From the NCBI GenBank assembly GCA_963829525.1, contig CAWHIJ010000003.1:672001-736000 (forward strand): a stretch of 64,000 nucleotides of DNA. The letters run 5' to 3'. This document shows, piece by piece, positions 1-12,474 of the stretch; position 1 is the first letter of the stretch, and each line of letters opens with the position of its first letter. This DNA comes from an uncultured Actinomycetota bacterium (lineage in GTDB: Bacteria; Actinomycetota; Actinomycetes; JAHEKZ01). Made by a program: the position numbers and the translations under genes. A model generated the notes under the pieces. That model was not told where the DNA came from. It did not search any database and saw only the letters and a list, made by a program, of their open reading frames with translations.

Positions 1-50
1 CCCTGACGAAAGTGGCTCCGGCAGCGTGACCAGCGGCCACGACCCCACCC

Positions 51-78
51 TGGACGCCCTCGCCACCGGCCCTAGGAT
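51..78 (+). promoter_or_regulatory. Putative sigma-A promoter of nuo operon 1
   Basis: TGGACG-16 nt-TAGGAT upstream of nuoA. Confidence 0.4.
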
Positions 79-138
79 GATCTGCGATCCGTGGCGCAAC
101 GCTCGGGTCGACGCAGGACGCGAAGGGAGCGGCCCGCA

Positions 139-498
139 GTGAATCCGATCGTTCCGATCCTCTTCCTCGGCGTACTTGCTTTTGGGTTCGCCGCGTTCTC
201 GATCGTGGCGGGGTCGCTCTCTGGGCCCAAGCGTTACAACCGGGTCAAGCTCGACTCCTACGAGTGCGGAATCGACCCGACCCCACAGCCGATCGGCGGT
301 GGGCGCTTCCCGGTCAAGTACTACTTGACCGCGATGCTCTTCATCTTGTTCGACATCGAGATCGTCTTCCTCTTCCCGTGGGCGGTCGCGTTCGACCAGC
401 TAGCGGTCTTCGGCCTAATCGAGATGCTCCTCTTCATCGTCACCCTTGGCGTCGCCTTCGCCTATGTGTGGCGTCGTGGGGGGCTGGAATGGGACTAG
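139..498 (+). CDS. nuoA: NADH-quinone oxidoreductase subunit A
   Basis: YECG loop, FILFDIE..FLFPWAV, RRGGLEWD end; GTG at 139 after AAGGGAG RBS. Confidence 0.95.
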   Translation: MNPIVPILFLGVLAFGFAAFSIVAGSLSGPKRYNRVKLDSYECGIDPTPQPIGGGRFPVKYYLTAMLFILFDIEIVFLFPWAVAFDQLAVFGLIEMLLFIVTLGVAFAYVWRRGGLEWD

Positions 499-531
499 CC
501 AACACGACAGTCCAGCGAAGGAATAGCCGCC

Positions 532-1086
532 ATGGGTCTTGAAGAACAGCTTCCGAGCGGTTTCCTGCTGACTTCTGTCGAGAAGTTCGCGGGTTGGGCG
601 CGTTCGGGGTCGCTGTGGCCGGCGACCTTCGGACTTGCCTGCTGCGCCATCGAAATGATGGCAACTGGCGCTGGGCGCTATGACCTGGCTCGTTTCGGCA
701 TGGAGGTCTTCCGTGCATCTCCGCGGCAGGCCGACCTGATGATCGTCGCTGGTCGGGTCAGTCAGAAGATGGCGCCGGTGCTTCGCCAGATCTACGACCA
801 GATGGCTGAGCCCAAGTGGGTCATCTCGATGGGCGCCTGTGCATCCAGCGGAGGGATGTTCAACAACTACGCGATCGTCCAGGGTGTTGACCACATTGTC
901 CCCGTCGACATCTACCTTCCGGGCTGTCCTCCACGCCCCGAGCAGTTGATGGACGCAATCCTGAAGCTGCACGAGCAGATCAAGAACGAGAAGCTCGGGG
1001 CCCAGCGTGTTGAGTGGCAGCGCGAGCTAGAGTCGTCAGCCCTGACGGCCGTTCCGACCAGCGACATGAAGGGTCTGCTCAGGTGA
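532..1086 (+). CDS. nuoB: NADH-quinone oxidoreductase subunit B
   Basis: [29 protein letters not shown] (N2 cluster ligands). Confidence 0.97.
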   Translation: MGLEEQLPSGFLLTSVEKFAGWARSGSLWPATFGLACCAIEMMATGAGRYDLARFGMEVFRASPRQADLMIVAGRVSQKMAPVLRQIYDQMAEPKWVISMGACASSGGMFNNYAIVQGVDHIVPVDIYLPGCPPRPEQLMDAILKLHEQIKNEKLGAQRVEWQRELESSALTAVPTSDMKGLLR

Positions 1087-1784
1087 GCGAGGACGAGACC
1101 ACTCCTGAGGTCGTTCCGGCTGGGACCCCGACGATCGACGTCGTCGACGTGCGACGAGGCATGTTTGGCGCTAATGACGGTGGCGATACGTCCGGCTTCG
1201 GCGGTTTGGTTCGTGCGGTTTCAGTCGCGCCGGCAGCCATGCGCCCCTATGGCAGCTGGTACGACGACTTTGCCGACGCGCTGGAGCGGGCTTATCCCCA
1301 GTTCGCCGAAGCGATAGAGAAGGTTGTTGTCGAGCACGACGAACTCACCTTGCACATCAGACGCGAATATCTTCGCGATGTCGCCCAGGTAGTCCGTGAT
1401 GACGCAGCCCTGCGGTTTGAGATGTGCATGGGCGTGAGCGGCTTGCACTGGCCAGGCGATGTCGGCCGTGAGTTGCACGCGGTGTACCCGCTGATATCGA
1501 TCACGCACAACCGCAGGCTCAAGCTTGAGGTCTCCTGCCCTGACGCCGACCCTCATATCCCGTCGCTCTACTCGGTGTATCCCAGCAACGACTGGCACGA
1601 GCGCGAGACCTACGACTTCTTTGGAATCATCTTTGACGGGCATCCCTCGTTGTCGCGCATCCAGATGCCTGACGATTGGCCGGGACATCCGCAGCGCAAG
1701 GACTACACACTCGGCGGAATCCCCGTTGAGTACAAAGGCGCAGAGATCGCACCGCCAGATGAGCGGAGGCAGTACTCCTCATGA
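1083..1784 (+). CDS. nuoC: NADH-quinone oxidoreductase subunit C
   Basis: [18 protein letters not shown]...GHPQRKDY; GTG overlaps nuoB stop. Confidence 0.95.
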   Translation: MSEDETTPEVVPAGTPTIDVVDVRRGMFGANDGGDTSGFGGLVRAVSVAPAAMRPYGSWYDDFADALERAYPQFAEAIEKVVVEHDELTLHIRREYLRDVAQVVRDDAALRFEMCMGVSGLHWPGDVGRELHAVYPLISITHNRRLKLEVSCPDADPHIPSLYSVYPSNDWHERETYDFFGIIFDGHPSLSRIQMPDDWPGHPQRKDYTLGGIPVEYKGAEIAPPDERRQYSS

Positions 1785-3163
1785 CCACGACCGGCCCTTA
1801 CGAGACAGCAGACGCCAGCGCCCCGGCATCTGCTGGGGACCCGTACGCAGAGTCACGACAAACCACCGACGGCCGCGTCTACACCGTAAGTGGCGGTGAC
1901 TGGGATGCGTTTGCCGCCGAGGCTGCTGAGATGGCCGAGGGTGCGCTCGTCGTCAACATGGGTCCACAGCACCCGTCGACGCACGGTGTCCTTCGGCTCA
2001 TCCTTCAGCTTGAAGGAGAGACGGTCACCGACACTCGCTGCGGCATCGGCTACCTCCACACGGGTATCGAAAAGAACCTTGAGTTCCGCTCGTGGACCCA
2101 GGGCGTCACCTTCGTGACACGGATGGACTACCTATCGCCGTTCTATAACGAGACTGCCTACTGCATGGGCGTCGAGCGCCTTCTGGGCATCACCGACGAG
2201 GTTCCCGAACGAGCTCGACTCATCCGCATCTTGATGATGGAACTAAACCGGATCTCGTCGCACCTGGTCTGCATCGCAACAGGTGGCATGGAGATCGGTG
2301 CACTGACGGTCATGACGATCGGCTTCCGCGAGCGTGAGCTGGTGCTCGACCTGTTCGAGTTAATCACCGGCCTGCGGTTGAACCACGCGTACATCCGCCC
2401 TGGCGGTGTAGCCAACGACCTGCCGTCAGATGGCATCGAGAAGATCCGCGACTTCCACAAGTTGATGAGCAAGCGGGTCTACGACTACATCAAGCTCTGC
2501 AACGAGAATCCAATCTTCAAGGGCCGCCTGGCCGATGTCGGGTACCTTGACCTGGCTGGCTGTATGGCTCTGGGGATTACCGGCCCCATCCTTCGCTCCA
2601 CCGGTCTGCCGTGGGACTTGCGCAAGACGCAGCCCTACCTTGGGTATGAGGACTTCGACTTCGAGGTCGCCACCTGGGACACCTGCGACTCTTACGGTCG
2701 CTTCCGGATCCGGCTCGAGGAGATGGTGCAGTCGCTTCGGATCATCGAACAGGCCGTCGACCGCCTCGAAGAGGCTGGCCCCGGGCCGGTCATGGTTGGC
2801 GATCCAAAGATTGCCTGGCCGGCTCAGCTCTCGATCGGCACCGACGGGCAGGGCAACAGCCGAGCGCACATCAACAAGATCATGAACGAGTCGATGGAGG
2901 CACTCATCCATCACTTCAAGCTCGTCACCGAAGGGTTCTCGGTGCCAGCCGGTCAGGTCTACTCGGCTGTAGAGTCACCGCGCGGTGAACTTGGCGTGGT
3001 GATGGCCAGCGATGGCGGCACGCGTCCTTATCGAGTGCACTATCGAGATCCCTCGTTCAACAACCTTCAAGCTGTTGGGGCGATGTGTGCCGGTGCCCAG
3101 ATTGCCGACGTCATCGTTGCTGTCGCCTCTATCGACCCCGTCATGGGCGGCGTGGACCGCTAA
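1781..3163 (+). CDS. nuoD: NADH-quinone oxidoreductase subunit D
   Basis: [41 protein letters not shown]. Confidence 0.97.
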   Translation: MTTTGPYETADASAPASAGDPYAESRQTTDGRVYTVSGGDWDAFAAEAAEMAEGALVVNMGPQHPSTHGVLRLILQLEGETVTDTRCGIGYLHTGIEKNLEFRSWTQGVTFVTRMDYLSPFYNETAYCMGVERLLGITDEVPERARLIRILMMELNRISSHLVCIATGGMEIGALTVMTIGFRERELVLDLFELITGLRLNHAYIRPGGVANDLPSDGIEKIRDFHKLMSKRVYDYIKLCNENPIFKGRLADVGYLDLAGCMALGITGPILRSTGLPWDLRKTQPYLGYEDFDFEVATWDTCDSYGRFRIRLEEMVQSLRIIEQAVDRLEEAGPGPVMVGDPKIAWPAQLSIGTDGQGNSRAHINKIMNESMEALIHHFKLVTEGFSVPAGQVYSAVESPRGELGVVMASDGGTRPYRVHYRDPSFNNLQAVGAMCAGAQIADVIVAVASIDPVMGGVDR

Positions 3164-3193
3164 CCCCGACTCAAAGACAGACGAAGGACACCC

Positions 3194-3874
3194 ATGGCCA
3201 TCTCAGAGACCACCAGGGCGCAGATGCGCGAGGTGCTGGTCGGCTATCCCCGGAAGCGGTCGGCCCTGATGCCGCTGTTGCACCTGGCGCAGGCCGACGA
3301 GGGCCATATCAGCCAGAACGGCATCGCTGCTGTCGCCGAGATGATCGACCTCACCGAGGCCGAGGTCACAGCAGTTGCGACGTTCTACACGATGTACCTC
3401 AAGCGCGAGAGTGGACGCGTGCGGGTCGGCGTCTGCGTCAACTCGCTCTGCGCCGTTCTCGGTGGCGACGCGATCTGGGATTCCTTGGTTGACCACTGCG
3501 GTGTGGGTAACAACCAGACGACCGACGACGGTGCCGTCACCCTCGAGCGAATCGAGTGTCAGGCGGCGTGCACCCATGCCCCCGTCATGACGGCGAACTG
3601 GGAGTTCCTCGACGACATGACGGTCGAGAAAGCCAAGCAGGTTGTCGACGACGTGCGGGCTGGGCGACCGGTGCACAGTACTCGTGGCCCAGTTGTGCGT
3701 ACCTTCGCCGATGCTGAGCGCACCATCGCAGGCATCGACGACGGGTTGACCGCTGAAGGTGAGATTCGCGACGATCGGGTGCTTGCGGGGTTGCGGCTCG
3801 CACGGCAGAACGGTGACGCCGAGCGCAGCGCCGAAGCCGAACGTCAGGGTGCCGCGAACGTGAAGGGACACTGA
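3194..3874 (+). CDS. nuoE: NADH-quinone oxidoreductase subunit E
   Basis: VATFYTMY, CxxxxC...CxxxC 2Fe-2S motif. Confidence 0.93.
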   Translation: MAISETTRAQMREVLVGYPRKRSALMPLLHLAQADEGHISQNGIAAVAEMIDLTEAEVTAVATFYTMYLKRESGRVRVGVCVNSLCAVLGGDAIWDSLVDHCGVGNNQTTDDGAVTLERIECQAACTHAPVMTANWEFLDDMTVEKAKQVVDDVRAGRPVHSTRGPVVRTFADAERTIAGIDDGLTAEGEIRDDRVLAGLRLARQNGDAERSAEAERQGAANVKGH

Positions 3875-3875
3875 C

Positions 3876-5177
3876 ATGCCGCTGACCCCCGTGCTCTCCG
3901 CCCACTGGGACGAGGCCGACTCGCACACGATCGACGGCTACCGACGCCACGGTGGATACGAGGCGCTCGCTCTGGCGTTCGCCAAACAGCCCGATGACGT
4001 CATCCAGTTGGTGAAGGACTCCGGACTTCGTGGTCGCGGTGGGGCGGGGTTTCCCACCGGCATGAAGTGGGGTTTCGTGCCCCAAGGTGACGGCAAGCCG
4101 CACTATCTCGTGGTCAACGCAGATGAGTCAGAGCCGGGGGCATGCAAGGACGTCCCACTGATGCTGGCGAACCCGCACTCTTTGGTGGAGGGCGTCATCA
4201 TCGCCTCCTACGCCATCCGTGCCAACCTCGCGTTCATCTACATCCGTGGCGAGGTGCCGCACGCGATCCGCCGCGTCGCAACGGCTGTGCGTGAGGCCTA
4301 TGCTGCCGGCCTGCTAGGTGACAACATCCAAGGCTCTGGTTTCGACCTCGAAGTCGTTGTCCACGCTGGTGCGGGCGCGTACATCTGCGGAGAAGAGACG
4401 GCATTGCTCGACTCGCTGGAAGGCTTTCGCGGTCAACCACGGCTCAAGCCGCCGTTCCCCGCAGTCGCCGGCCTCTACGCATCACCCACGGTCGTCAACA
4501 ACGTGGAGACAATCGCAAGCGTCCCGTCCATCGTCACCAACGGCGCCGACTGGTACACCTCCTACGGCAGCGAGAAGTCGCCAGGGATCAAGCTCTTCGC
4601 GGTCTCAGGGCACGTCGAGCGCCCGGGTATCTACGAGGCGCCCATGGGCACGACAATGCGCGAACTGCTCGAATGGGCTGGTGGCATGCGTAAGGGGCAC
4701 CGCCTGAAGTTCTGGGTACCGGGTGGGTCCAGCGTCCCGCTGCTCACTGAGGATCATTTGGACGTCCCCTACACCTATGAAGACATTGCCGCCGCGGGTT
4801 CGATGCTCGGTACCGGCACGCCGATGGTCTTCGACGAAACCACCAGCGTGACCCGTGCCGTCACTCGGTGGCTGGAGTTCTACAAGCACGAGTCGTGCGG
4901 CAAGTGCACGCCGTGCCGTGAGGGAACCTACTGGTTGGTCGACCTGCTCCGGCGACTCGAGAGCGGTACGGGCTCCGATGCCGACATCACCCGGATCAAC
5001 GAAGTGTCGGCGCAGATCATGGGCCGGTCGTTCTGCGCCCTCGGTGACGCCGCAGCGACGCCCTTCCCCGGAGCAATCAAGTACTTCGCAGACGAGATCG
5101 AGCTTGGCACGCACACCGCGGCAGCCGACCTATTCGACCCAGTGGCCGCCACCATCTTCGCGGGAGTGAACGCCTGA
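3876..5177 (+). CDS. nuoF: NADH-quinone oxidoreductase subunit F
   Basis: GLRGRGGAGFPTGMKW, NADESEPG, AYICGEETAL, ESCGKCTPCREG. Confidence 0.97.
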   Translation: MPLTPVLSAHWDEADSHTIDGYRRHGGYEALALAFAKQPDDVIQLVKDSGLRGRGGAGFPTGMKWGFVPQGDGKPHYLVVNADESEPGACKDVPLMLANPHSLVEGVIIASYAIRANLAFIYIRGEVPHAIRRVATAVREAYAAGLLGDNIQGSGFDLEVVVHAGAGAYICGEETALLDSLEGFRGQPRLKPPFPAVAGLYASPTVVNNVETIASVPSIVTNGADWYTSYGSEKSPGIKLFAVSGHVERPGIYEAPMGTTMRELLEWAGGMRKGHRLKFWVPGGSSVPLLTEDHLDVPYTYEDIAAAGSMLGTGTPMVFDETTSVTRAVTRWLEFYKHESCGKCTPCREGTYWLVDLLRRLESGTGSDADITRINEVSAQIMGRSFCALGDAAATPFPGAIKYFADEIELGTHTAAADLFDPVAATIFAGVNA

Positions 5178-7553
5178 TGACCGTGACCACGACATCGACG
5201 ACAGGGGACGCGCTCGAGCCACGTCCAGACCTCGTGACCGTGACGATCGACGGTGTACAGACATCAGTGCCCAAGGGAACGCTGATCATCCGCGCAGCTG
5301 AGCTGCTCGGGGTTGCCGTGCCCCGCTTTTGCGATCACCCGCTGCTCGACCCGGTCGCCGCCTGCCGCATGTGCCTCATCGAGGTCGAGGGCATGCCCAA
5401 GCCTCAACCCGCCTGTGCGGTGACGTGTTCTGACGGCATGGTGGTCAAGACGCAGATGACGTCGCCGGTCGCCGATGAGGCGCAGCGCGGTGTCATGGAG
5501 TTTCTGCTCATCAACCACCCGCTCGACTGCCCGATCTGCGACAAAGGTGGCGAGTGCCCACTGCAGAACCAGGCCATGACGAACGGGCAGGGCGACACCC
5601 GGTTTGACGGCCCCAAGCGCACCTTCCCCAAGCCGATCAATCTTTCGGCCCAGGTACTGCTTGACCGTGAGCGATGTGTGTCCTGCGCCAGATGTACCAG
5701 GTTCACTGAGCAGATTGCCGGCGACCCGTTCATCGAGCTTCTCGAGCGCGGGTCGCAGCAGCAGGTGGGAATCGCTGCCGATGTCCCCTTCAACTCGTAC
5801 TACTCGGGCAACACCATTCAGATCTGTCCCGTGGGTGCCCTCACGAGTGCGATGTACCGGTTCCGGTCACGTCCCTTCGACCTCGTGTCGACCCCCACGG
5901 CTTGCGAGCACTGCGCGTCCGGCTGTGCGCTTCGCACTGACTCTCGCCGCAATGCCGTGATGCGCAGACTCGCCTCGGTTGACCCTGAGGTCAACGAAGA
6001 GTGGAACTGCGACAAAGGACGCTTCGCCTTCCGCTATCTGGAGTCTGACGTCCGACTGAGCACCCCGATGATCCGTGTGGATGGCCAGCTTCGACCGGCG
6101 TCTTGGGACGAGGCCCTCATGACGGCCGCTGCCGGCCTGAAAGCGGCAGACGGGAAGGCGGCGGTCATCACCGGTGGCCGGCTGATGGTCGAGGACGCCT
6201 ACGCCTACTCGGTCTTTGCCAGGCGAGTGCTTGGCACCAACGACGTCGACTTCCGTCCGCATGGCTCGTCGGTCGAGGAAGAGCAGTTCCTGGCCAGCCG
6301 GGTGGCTGGTGCCGGTCTTGGGCCTACCTACGCGGACCTCGAGAATGCTCCGGCTGTTCTGCTGGTCGCCTTCGAGCCAGAAGACGAGTCGCCGATTGTG
6401 CTGCTCAGACTTCGCAAGGCTGCCAGAGCAGGAACGCGGGTCCTGTCGGTCGCACCAGCAGCGAGCAACGGACTGGCGAAGACCAGCGGGACCTGGATTC
6501 CTGCTGCGCCGGGATCGGAGCCGGCGGTCATAGATGGCCTCGATGACGACTCCATCACCACTCTCAGCCAGCCCGGGGTGGTCATCCTCGTCGGCCAGCG
6601 CGCTGCCGGAACGGCTGGGCTCCTGTCAGCGGTGACGCGACTAGCCGACCGCACGGGCGCTGCCCTGGGATGGGTGCCCCGTCGCGCCGGCGACCGAGGC
6701 GCTGTCGAGGCAGGCCTGCTTCCGTCGCTGCTTCCTGGTGGGCGTCCCGTCAGCGATGCTGCTGCGCGTGTCGACACTGCTGCCATCTGGGGTGTTGCTG
6801 AGGTTCCCGAGGCAGCGGGCCGTGACATTCCGGCGATGCTGGCTGCCGTTGAAGGTGGTGAACTGTCGGCGCTGGTCGTCGGTGGGGCCCGCATCGATGA
6901 CCTGCCGGCAGACGCCGAGGCGGCACTTCGCGGGGCCGAGTTCCTGGTCGTTCTGGACACGCACGCCCATGCCCTCGTCGAGCTCGCCAACGTCGTCTTC
7001 CCGGTGGCAGCCGCCCCCGAAAAGGGCGGATCATTCATCAACTGGGAGGGCCGTCACCGTTCGTCCTCGAAGGCGCTGCGGACGAACCTGATGTCGGATG
7101 CGCGGGTACTCGCCGCACTTGCCGGTGAGCTCGGCGTCGACGACGTCGACGGGGATCCAGCCAGGCTGAGCACCCAGCTAGGGGAGTTCGCTGGATGGGA
7201 AGGCGCCCGCATCGGTTCTCCAGATGTCGCTGCGGCCCCTGGTGATGGCGCTCCCGGGCTTCTGCTGGCCACGTGGCGTCCCCTCCTCGAATCGACTGTT
7301 CTGCAAGAGGGGGAGCCCTACCTGGCAGCCACAGCCCGCCTTCGTGAGGTGTGGCTGTCACCCACCGAGAGCCACCGCGTTGGGCGCTACGGAGGGGCAG
7401 TTGATCACTGTCACCAGTGCCAGCGGTAGCGTCACTGCGCCACTCGTGGTCGCCGAGGCTGCCGAAGGCACCGTGATCGTCACGGGGGACGCTCACCGGG
7501 TCCTTGGCCAAAGCGGTGAGCGGGTGCACGTCGCCGTGGGAGGACAGGGATGA
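5177..7553 (+). CDS. nuoG: NADH-quinone oxidoreductase subunit G (+1 frameshift near 7365-7375)
   Basis: PRFCDH...[33 protein letters not shown]; C-terminal segment ([14 protein letters not shown]...) continues in another frame to a stop overlapping the nuoH ATG. Confidence 0.9.
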
Positions 7554-8861
7554 GACTCGAACTGAGCGTTACCGACGCGCTCGCCGAGACACCGTGGTGG
7601 CTATCGGTGGCCAAGGCGCTCTTCATCTTCGTCTTTCTCGTGTTGAGCACGCTGATCATGATCTGGGCTGAGCGACGCGTCGTTGCGCGCATGCAGCAGC
7701 GCGTCGGACCGAACCGCGTGGGCCCTTTCGGGCTCCTCCAGGGTTTGGCCGATGGCATCAAGCTGGCGCTGAAGGAAGACATCATTCCGACCGCCGCAGA
7801 CAAGGCGGTCTTCATCCTGGCGCCGATCATCTCGGCCACAACTTGTTTTCTTGCCTTTGCCGTCATCCCATTCGGCCCGGTGGTCAGCTTTCTCGATCGG
7901 CGACACCGAGTACACCACGGCCCTTCAGCTCACCGACTTCCCCGTCTCTGTGCTCTATGTCCTTGCTGTCACCTCGATCGGTGTCTATGGGCTGGTGCTG
8001 GCTGGATGGTCCAGTGGGTCCACCTACCCGCTGCTCGGCGGCCTTCGTTCGTCGGCACAGGTCATCTCGTACGAGATTGCCATGGGACTTTCGTTCGTCG
8101 CGGTCTTCCTCTACTCCGGCTCCATGTCGACCTCAGACATCGTGGCCTCCCAGGACCGGCTGTGGTTCGCGATCATCTTGCTCCCGTCGTTCCTCATCTA
8201 CCTCGTGTCGATGGTCGGCGAGACCAACCGGGCTCCCTTCGACCTGCCCGAGGCCGAGGGGGAGCTGGTCGGAGGCTTCCACACCGAGTACAGCTCGCTG
8301 AAGTTCGCCCTGTTCTTCCTCGCCGAGTACATCAACATGTTCACCGTCGCGGCGCTCGCAACGACCCTTTTTCTCGGTGGATGGCAAGCTCCTTGGCCGC
8401 TCGGCGGATCGATTTGGGAGGGAGCCAACAACGGCTGGTGGCCGGTTCTTTGGTTCGTCGCCAAACTATGGATCTTCATGTTTGTCTTCATCTGGTTGCG
8501 CGGGACGCTGCCTCGCATGCGTTACGACCAGTTCATGAAGCTGGGCTGGAAAGTACTGATCCCACTCTCGCTCCTTTGGATAGCGGTCGTCGCGACCGTC
8601 CGCGCCGTGTCCAACGAGGCGGCCATTGACCGTCAGGACATCTTGGTCTGGGGGGGCGTCACGCTGGCGATCCTGCTTGTTGTCAGCGTCGCCTGGGACT
8701 TCATCGCCGGACGCGCGCCGCAGGAAGCCGCAGAGGACCAGCAGCCATTCGACCCATTTGAAGGGGGCCACCCGGTTCCGCCACTGCCTGGCCAGCAGCC
8801 CGAGACGGTTTCGGTGGCAGCCACAAGTGTTGGGTCGGACAAGGAGGAGCTCGATGCCTAG
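7550..8861 (+). CDS. nuoH: NADH-quinone oxidoreductase subunit H (+1 frameshift near 7890)
   Basis: [24 protein letters not shown] in ORF 7550; [33 protein letters not shown] in ORF 7851. Confidence 0.92.
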
Positions 8862-9402
8862 CTTCCTCGACCCGATCGCGGGTTTCGGCGTCACGTTCAC
8901 CACCATGTTCCGCAAGGTGACGACCGAGCAGTACCCCGAGGAGCGCAAGCCGATGATGCCGCGCTTCCACGGTCGGCATGTGCTCAACCGGTACTCCGAT
9001 GGCCTGGAACGGTGCATCGGCTGCGAGCTCTGTGCGTGGGCCTGTCCGGCTGACGCTATCTACGTCGAGGGTGCTGGAAACACCGACGAAGAGCGCTTCT
9101 CTCCTGGCGAGCGCTACGGCCGCGTCTACCAGATCAACTATCTTCGCTGCATCTTCTGCGGCATGTGCCTGGAGGCGTGCCCGACCAGAGCACTGACCAT
9201 GAGTCATGAGTACGAGCTGGCTGACAACAACCGCGCGGATCTGATCTTCGAGAAGCAAGACCTGCTTGCACCCCTGGGCACCGGGATGGTTCCACCGCCG
9301 CACCCCATGGCATCTGGCACCACTGAGCAGAACTACTACGCCGGTGAGTTCGACCAACCAGGTACCTCCGACGCCCCAGTTCCGAGCGGTGAGAAACCGT
9401 GA
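8854..9402 (+). CDS. nuoI: NADH-quinone oxidoreductase subunit I
   Basis: Two CxxCxxCxxxCP motifs; ATG after AAGGAGGAG. Confidence 0.95.
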   Translation: MPSFLDPIAGFGVTFTTMFRKVTTEQYPEERKPMMPRFHGRHVLNRYSDGLERCIGCELCAWACPADAIYVEGAGNTDEERFSPGERYGRVYQINYLRCIFCGMCLEACPTRALTMSHEYELADNNRADLIFEKQDLLAPLGTGMVPPPHPMASGTTEQNYYAGEFDQPGTSDAPVPSGEKP

Positions 9403-10184
9403 TCGAGCTGCTCTCCACGGCGCCTCCGACGTCAACTGGTGAGGCCGTGGCCTTCTGGTTCCTGGCGCCGATTGCGGTGATCGCGGCCGTCATGATCCTG
9501 GTCAGCCGTAAAGCAGTCCACAGCGCCCTCTGGATGGCGACCACGATGATCGTCCTCGCCGTTCTGTTCGTCATGCAAGGTGGAATCTTCTTGGGTGTCG
9601 TCCAGGTAGTTGTCTACACCGGCGCGGTGATGATGCTCTTCCTCTTCGTGCTCATGCTCGTCGGCGTGGACGCCTCCGACTCGTTCGTGGAGACCCTTCG
9701 AGCTCAACGGGTGGCGGGAATCCTGCTGGCTCTGGGACTCGGGGGAATGCTGGTCGCCGGCATCAGTCGCGCAACCTTCCCGGCGGCGCCGGGCGTCGGG
9801 GCTGCCAACGATCAAGCCGGCGGTCACGTCCAGGCGATCGCGCAGGCAATCTTCACTCGGTACGTGTTCACCTTTGAGGTTGTCAGCGTCCTGCTCATCA
9901 CCGCAGCTGTCGGGGCAATGGCGCTCACCCACAGAGAGCTGCTCACCCCGCGCAAGCCGCAAGCGGAGCTGTCGGTCGAGCGAGTTCGCGGCGAGCACCC
10001 GACGCCGTACCCGAGCCCAGGGGTGTACGCGCAGCACAACGCTGTCGATACGCCGGCGCTGCTGCCAGACGGTTCTGCGTCGGAAGCCTCAGTCCCGGAC
10101 GAGCTGCGTCGGCAGGGAACAGTGCGGTACACCGAACTCGAGGCCGCCCGTGATCAGGAGTCGGACGGAGGGGCGCCGCGATGA
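9399..10184 (+). CDS. nuoJ: NADH-quinone oxidoreductase subunit J
   Basis: [19 protein letters not shown]; five hydrophobic segments; operon order. Confidence 0.93.
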   Translation: MIELLSTAPPTSTGEAVAFWFLAPIAVIAAVMILVSRKAVHSALWMATTMIVLAVLFVMQGGIFLGVVQVVVYTGAVMMLFLFVLMLVGVDASDSFVETLRAQRVAGILLALGLGGMLVAGISRATFPAAPGVGAANDQAGGHVQAIAQAIFTRYVFTFEVVSVLLITAAVGAMALTHRELLTPRKPQAELSVERVRGEHPTPYPSPGVYAQHNAVDTPALLPDGSASEASVPDELRRQGTVRYTELEAARDQESDGGAPR

Positions 10185-10480
10185 ACCCGGAGAACTACCT
10201 CTACCTCGCGACAATCCTGTTCGCCATCGGATCAGTGGGCGTGCTTGTGCGCAGGAATGCGATCGTGGTGTTCATGTGCGTCGAGCTGATGCTCAACGCG
10301 TCCAACCTCGCCTTCGTGTCGTTCGCCAGGCTGAACGGAAACATTGACGGCCAGGTAGTGGCATTCTTCGTGATGGTGGTCGCCGCGGCCGAAGTTGTGA
10401 TCGGCCTCGCTGTCATCGTCACCATCTTCCGTACGCGTCGGTCGGCATCTGTCGACGATCCCAACCTGCTGAAGCTCTGA
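10181..10480 (+). CDS. nuoK: NADH-quinone oxidoreductase subunit K
   Basis: [27 protein letters not shown]. Confidence 0.95.
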   Translation: MNPENYLYLATILFAIGSVGVLVRRNAIVVFMCVELMLNASNLAFVSFARLNGNIDGQVVAFFVMVVAAAEVVIGLAVIVTIFRTRRSASVDDPNLLKL

Positions 10481-10541
10481 TCACCATGACCTCACTGCGT
10501 GATCGGAATGGGCTCGTGCCCCAGACCCCGGGGAGTGCCCG

Positions 10542-12473
10542 ATGACCGCTGCAGCCGTTCGCTGGAGCGAGAGCGGTGGCCAGATGATCGCTGACGCCAC
10601 GGGTGTGTTCAGCCTGACCTGGCTATTGATCGCCCTGCCGTTGTTCGGGGCGGCGGTGTTGCTGCTCGGGGGGCGCCGGACCAACAGCTTCGGCCCGACG
10701 CTCGCGACGCTGTTGGTCGGTTCATCGTTCGTCCTCGGGCTTGTTCTCTTCGTGCAGATGCTCGGTCAGACCGCCGAGGAACGTGCCTTCGACCAGAGTC
10801 TCTTCACCTGGGCGCCGATTGGTGACTTCAGCGTCGATGTCGGGTTCCAGCTCGACCCCTTGTCGATGGCGTTCGTCCTGCTGATCACGTTCGTCGGTGG
10901 TCTGGTGCACGTCTACTCGATCGGGTACATGGCCGACGACCCCGACAAGCGGAGGTTCTTCGCCTACCTGAACCTGTTCGTCGCTTCGATGCTTCTGCTT
11001 GTTCTCGCGAGCAGCTACGTACTGGTGTACGTGGGCTGGGAGGGTGTCGGCCTGGCCTCTTACCTGCTGATTGGATTCTGGAACGCCAAGCCCGAGTACG
11101 CGACAGCGGCCAAGAAAGCCTTCGTCATGAACCGGGTTGGCGACATCGGGATGTCGCTGGCGATCATGGTGATGGTCACCACCTTCGGAACGACGGCGTT
11201 CTCCGGGGTCTTCGCTGGCGCGAGCGAGGCGAGCTCTGGCGTGCTACTCGGGCTCGGTCTCCTCCTCCTCCTTGCAGCAACGGGTAAGAGCGCACAGATG
11301 CCGCTGCAAGCCTGGCTTGGTGACGCGATGGCCGGCCCGACGCCGGTGTCGGCGTTGATCCACGCGGCCACCATGGTCACCGCCGGTGTCTATCTGATCG
11401 TGCGCTCGAACCCGATCTACGACCTGTCCGATGGAGCACGTTTGGCCGTCGTTCTGGTCGGCGTACTGACGCTGCTCTTCGGCGCCTTTGTTGGTACAGC
11501 CAAGGACGACATCAAGAAAGCCTTGGCGGCCTCGACAATGAGCCAGATCGGTTACATGGTGCTGGCTGCCGGCTTGGGACCGGCGGGATACGCGTTCGCG
11601 ATCCTCCACCTAATGACGCACGGGTTCTTCAAGGCGGGGCTCTTCCTCGGTGCCGGGTCAGTCATGCACGGCATGGACGACGACGTAAACATGCGGCGGT
11701 ACGGAGCCTTGCGTAAGGCGATGCCAATCACGTTCATCACCTTTGGTGCCGGGTACCTGGCCATCATCGGCATCCCTCCCTTTGCCGGCTTCTTCTCCAA
11801 GGACAAGATCATCGAGGCAGCACTTGCCGACAACATCTGGATCGGCCTGGCGGCGATCCTCGGCGCAGGAATCACTGCCTTCTACATGAGTCGCGTGATG
11901 TTCATGACCTTCTTCGGCAAGAAGCGTTGGTCCAAGGACGTACACCCGCATGAGTCGCCGGGCTCCATGACCATCCCCATGGTGCTGCTTGCCATCGGCT
12001 CGGTCGTGTTGGGTGCAGTTCTCGTCATCGGTGGCCGCTTCGTCAGCTGGCTCGAACCCGTCGTAGGCTCGGCGGAAGAGCACGAGTTCGCCATCCCACT
12101 TATTGCCATCACCGCGATCATCGTGGTCGTGTCCCTTGTAGGTGTGGCCCTCGCCTACGCGATGTACCTGCGACGTCCAGTTCCGGTCGAGGCGCCGACT
12201 GGCTCGGTCCTGACTCGTGCCGCCCGTCAGGACTTCTACCAGGATGCCTTCAACGAGTCGCTCTTCATGCGCCCTGGGCAGTACCTCACGCGGTTCCTGG
12301 TCTTCTTCGACAACCGGGTCGTTGATGGGTTCGTCAACGGTTCGGCAGCAATCATCGGTGGCGGGTCAGCCCGCCTTCGACGTTGGCAGACCGGGTTCGT
12401 GCGCTCCTACGCGCTGTCCATGCTGGCTGGGGCCGTTCTGGTCGTCGGCGTTCTTGTACTGGTGGGGCTCTGA
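10542..12473 (+). CDS. nuoL: NADH-quinone oxidoreductase subunit L (start may be 10584)
   Basis: [51 protein letters not shown]. Confidence 0.95.
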   Translation: MTAAAVRWSESGGQMIADATGVFSLTWLLIALPLFGAAVLLLGGRRTNSFGPTLATLLVGSSFVLGLVLFVQMLGQTAEERAFDQSLFTWAPIGDFSVDVGFQLDPLSMAFVLLITFVGGLVHVYSIGYMADDPDKRRFFAYLNLFVASMLLLVLASSYVLVYVGWEGVGLASYLLIGFWNAKPEYATAAKKAFVMNRVGDIGMSLAIMVMVTTFGTTAFSGVFAGASEASSGVLLGLGLLLLLAATGKSAQMPLQAWLGDAMAGPTPVSALIHAATMVTAGVYLIVRSNPIYDLSDGARLAVVLVGVLTLLFGAFVGTAKDDIKKALAASTMSQIGYMVLAAGLGPAGYAFAILHLMTHGFFKAGLFLGAGSVMHGMDDDVNMRRYGALRKAMPITFITFGAGYLAIIGIPPFAGFFSKDKIIEAALADNIWIGLAAILGAGITAFYMSRVMFMTFFGKKRWSKDVHPHESPGSMTIPMVLLAIGSVVLGAVLVIGGRFVSWLEPVVGSAEEHEFAIPLIAITAIIVVVSLVGVALAYAMYLRRPVPVEAPTGSVLTRAARQDFYQDAFNESLFMRPGQYLTRFLVFFDNRVVDGFVNGSAAIIGGGSARLRRWQTGFVRSYALSMLAGAVLVVGVLVLVGL

Positions 12474-12474
12474 C

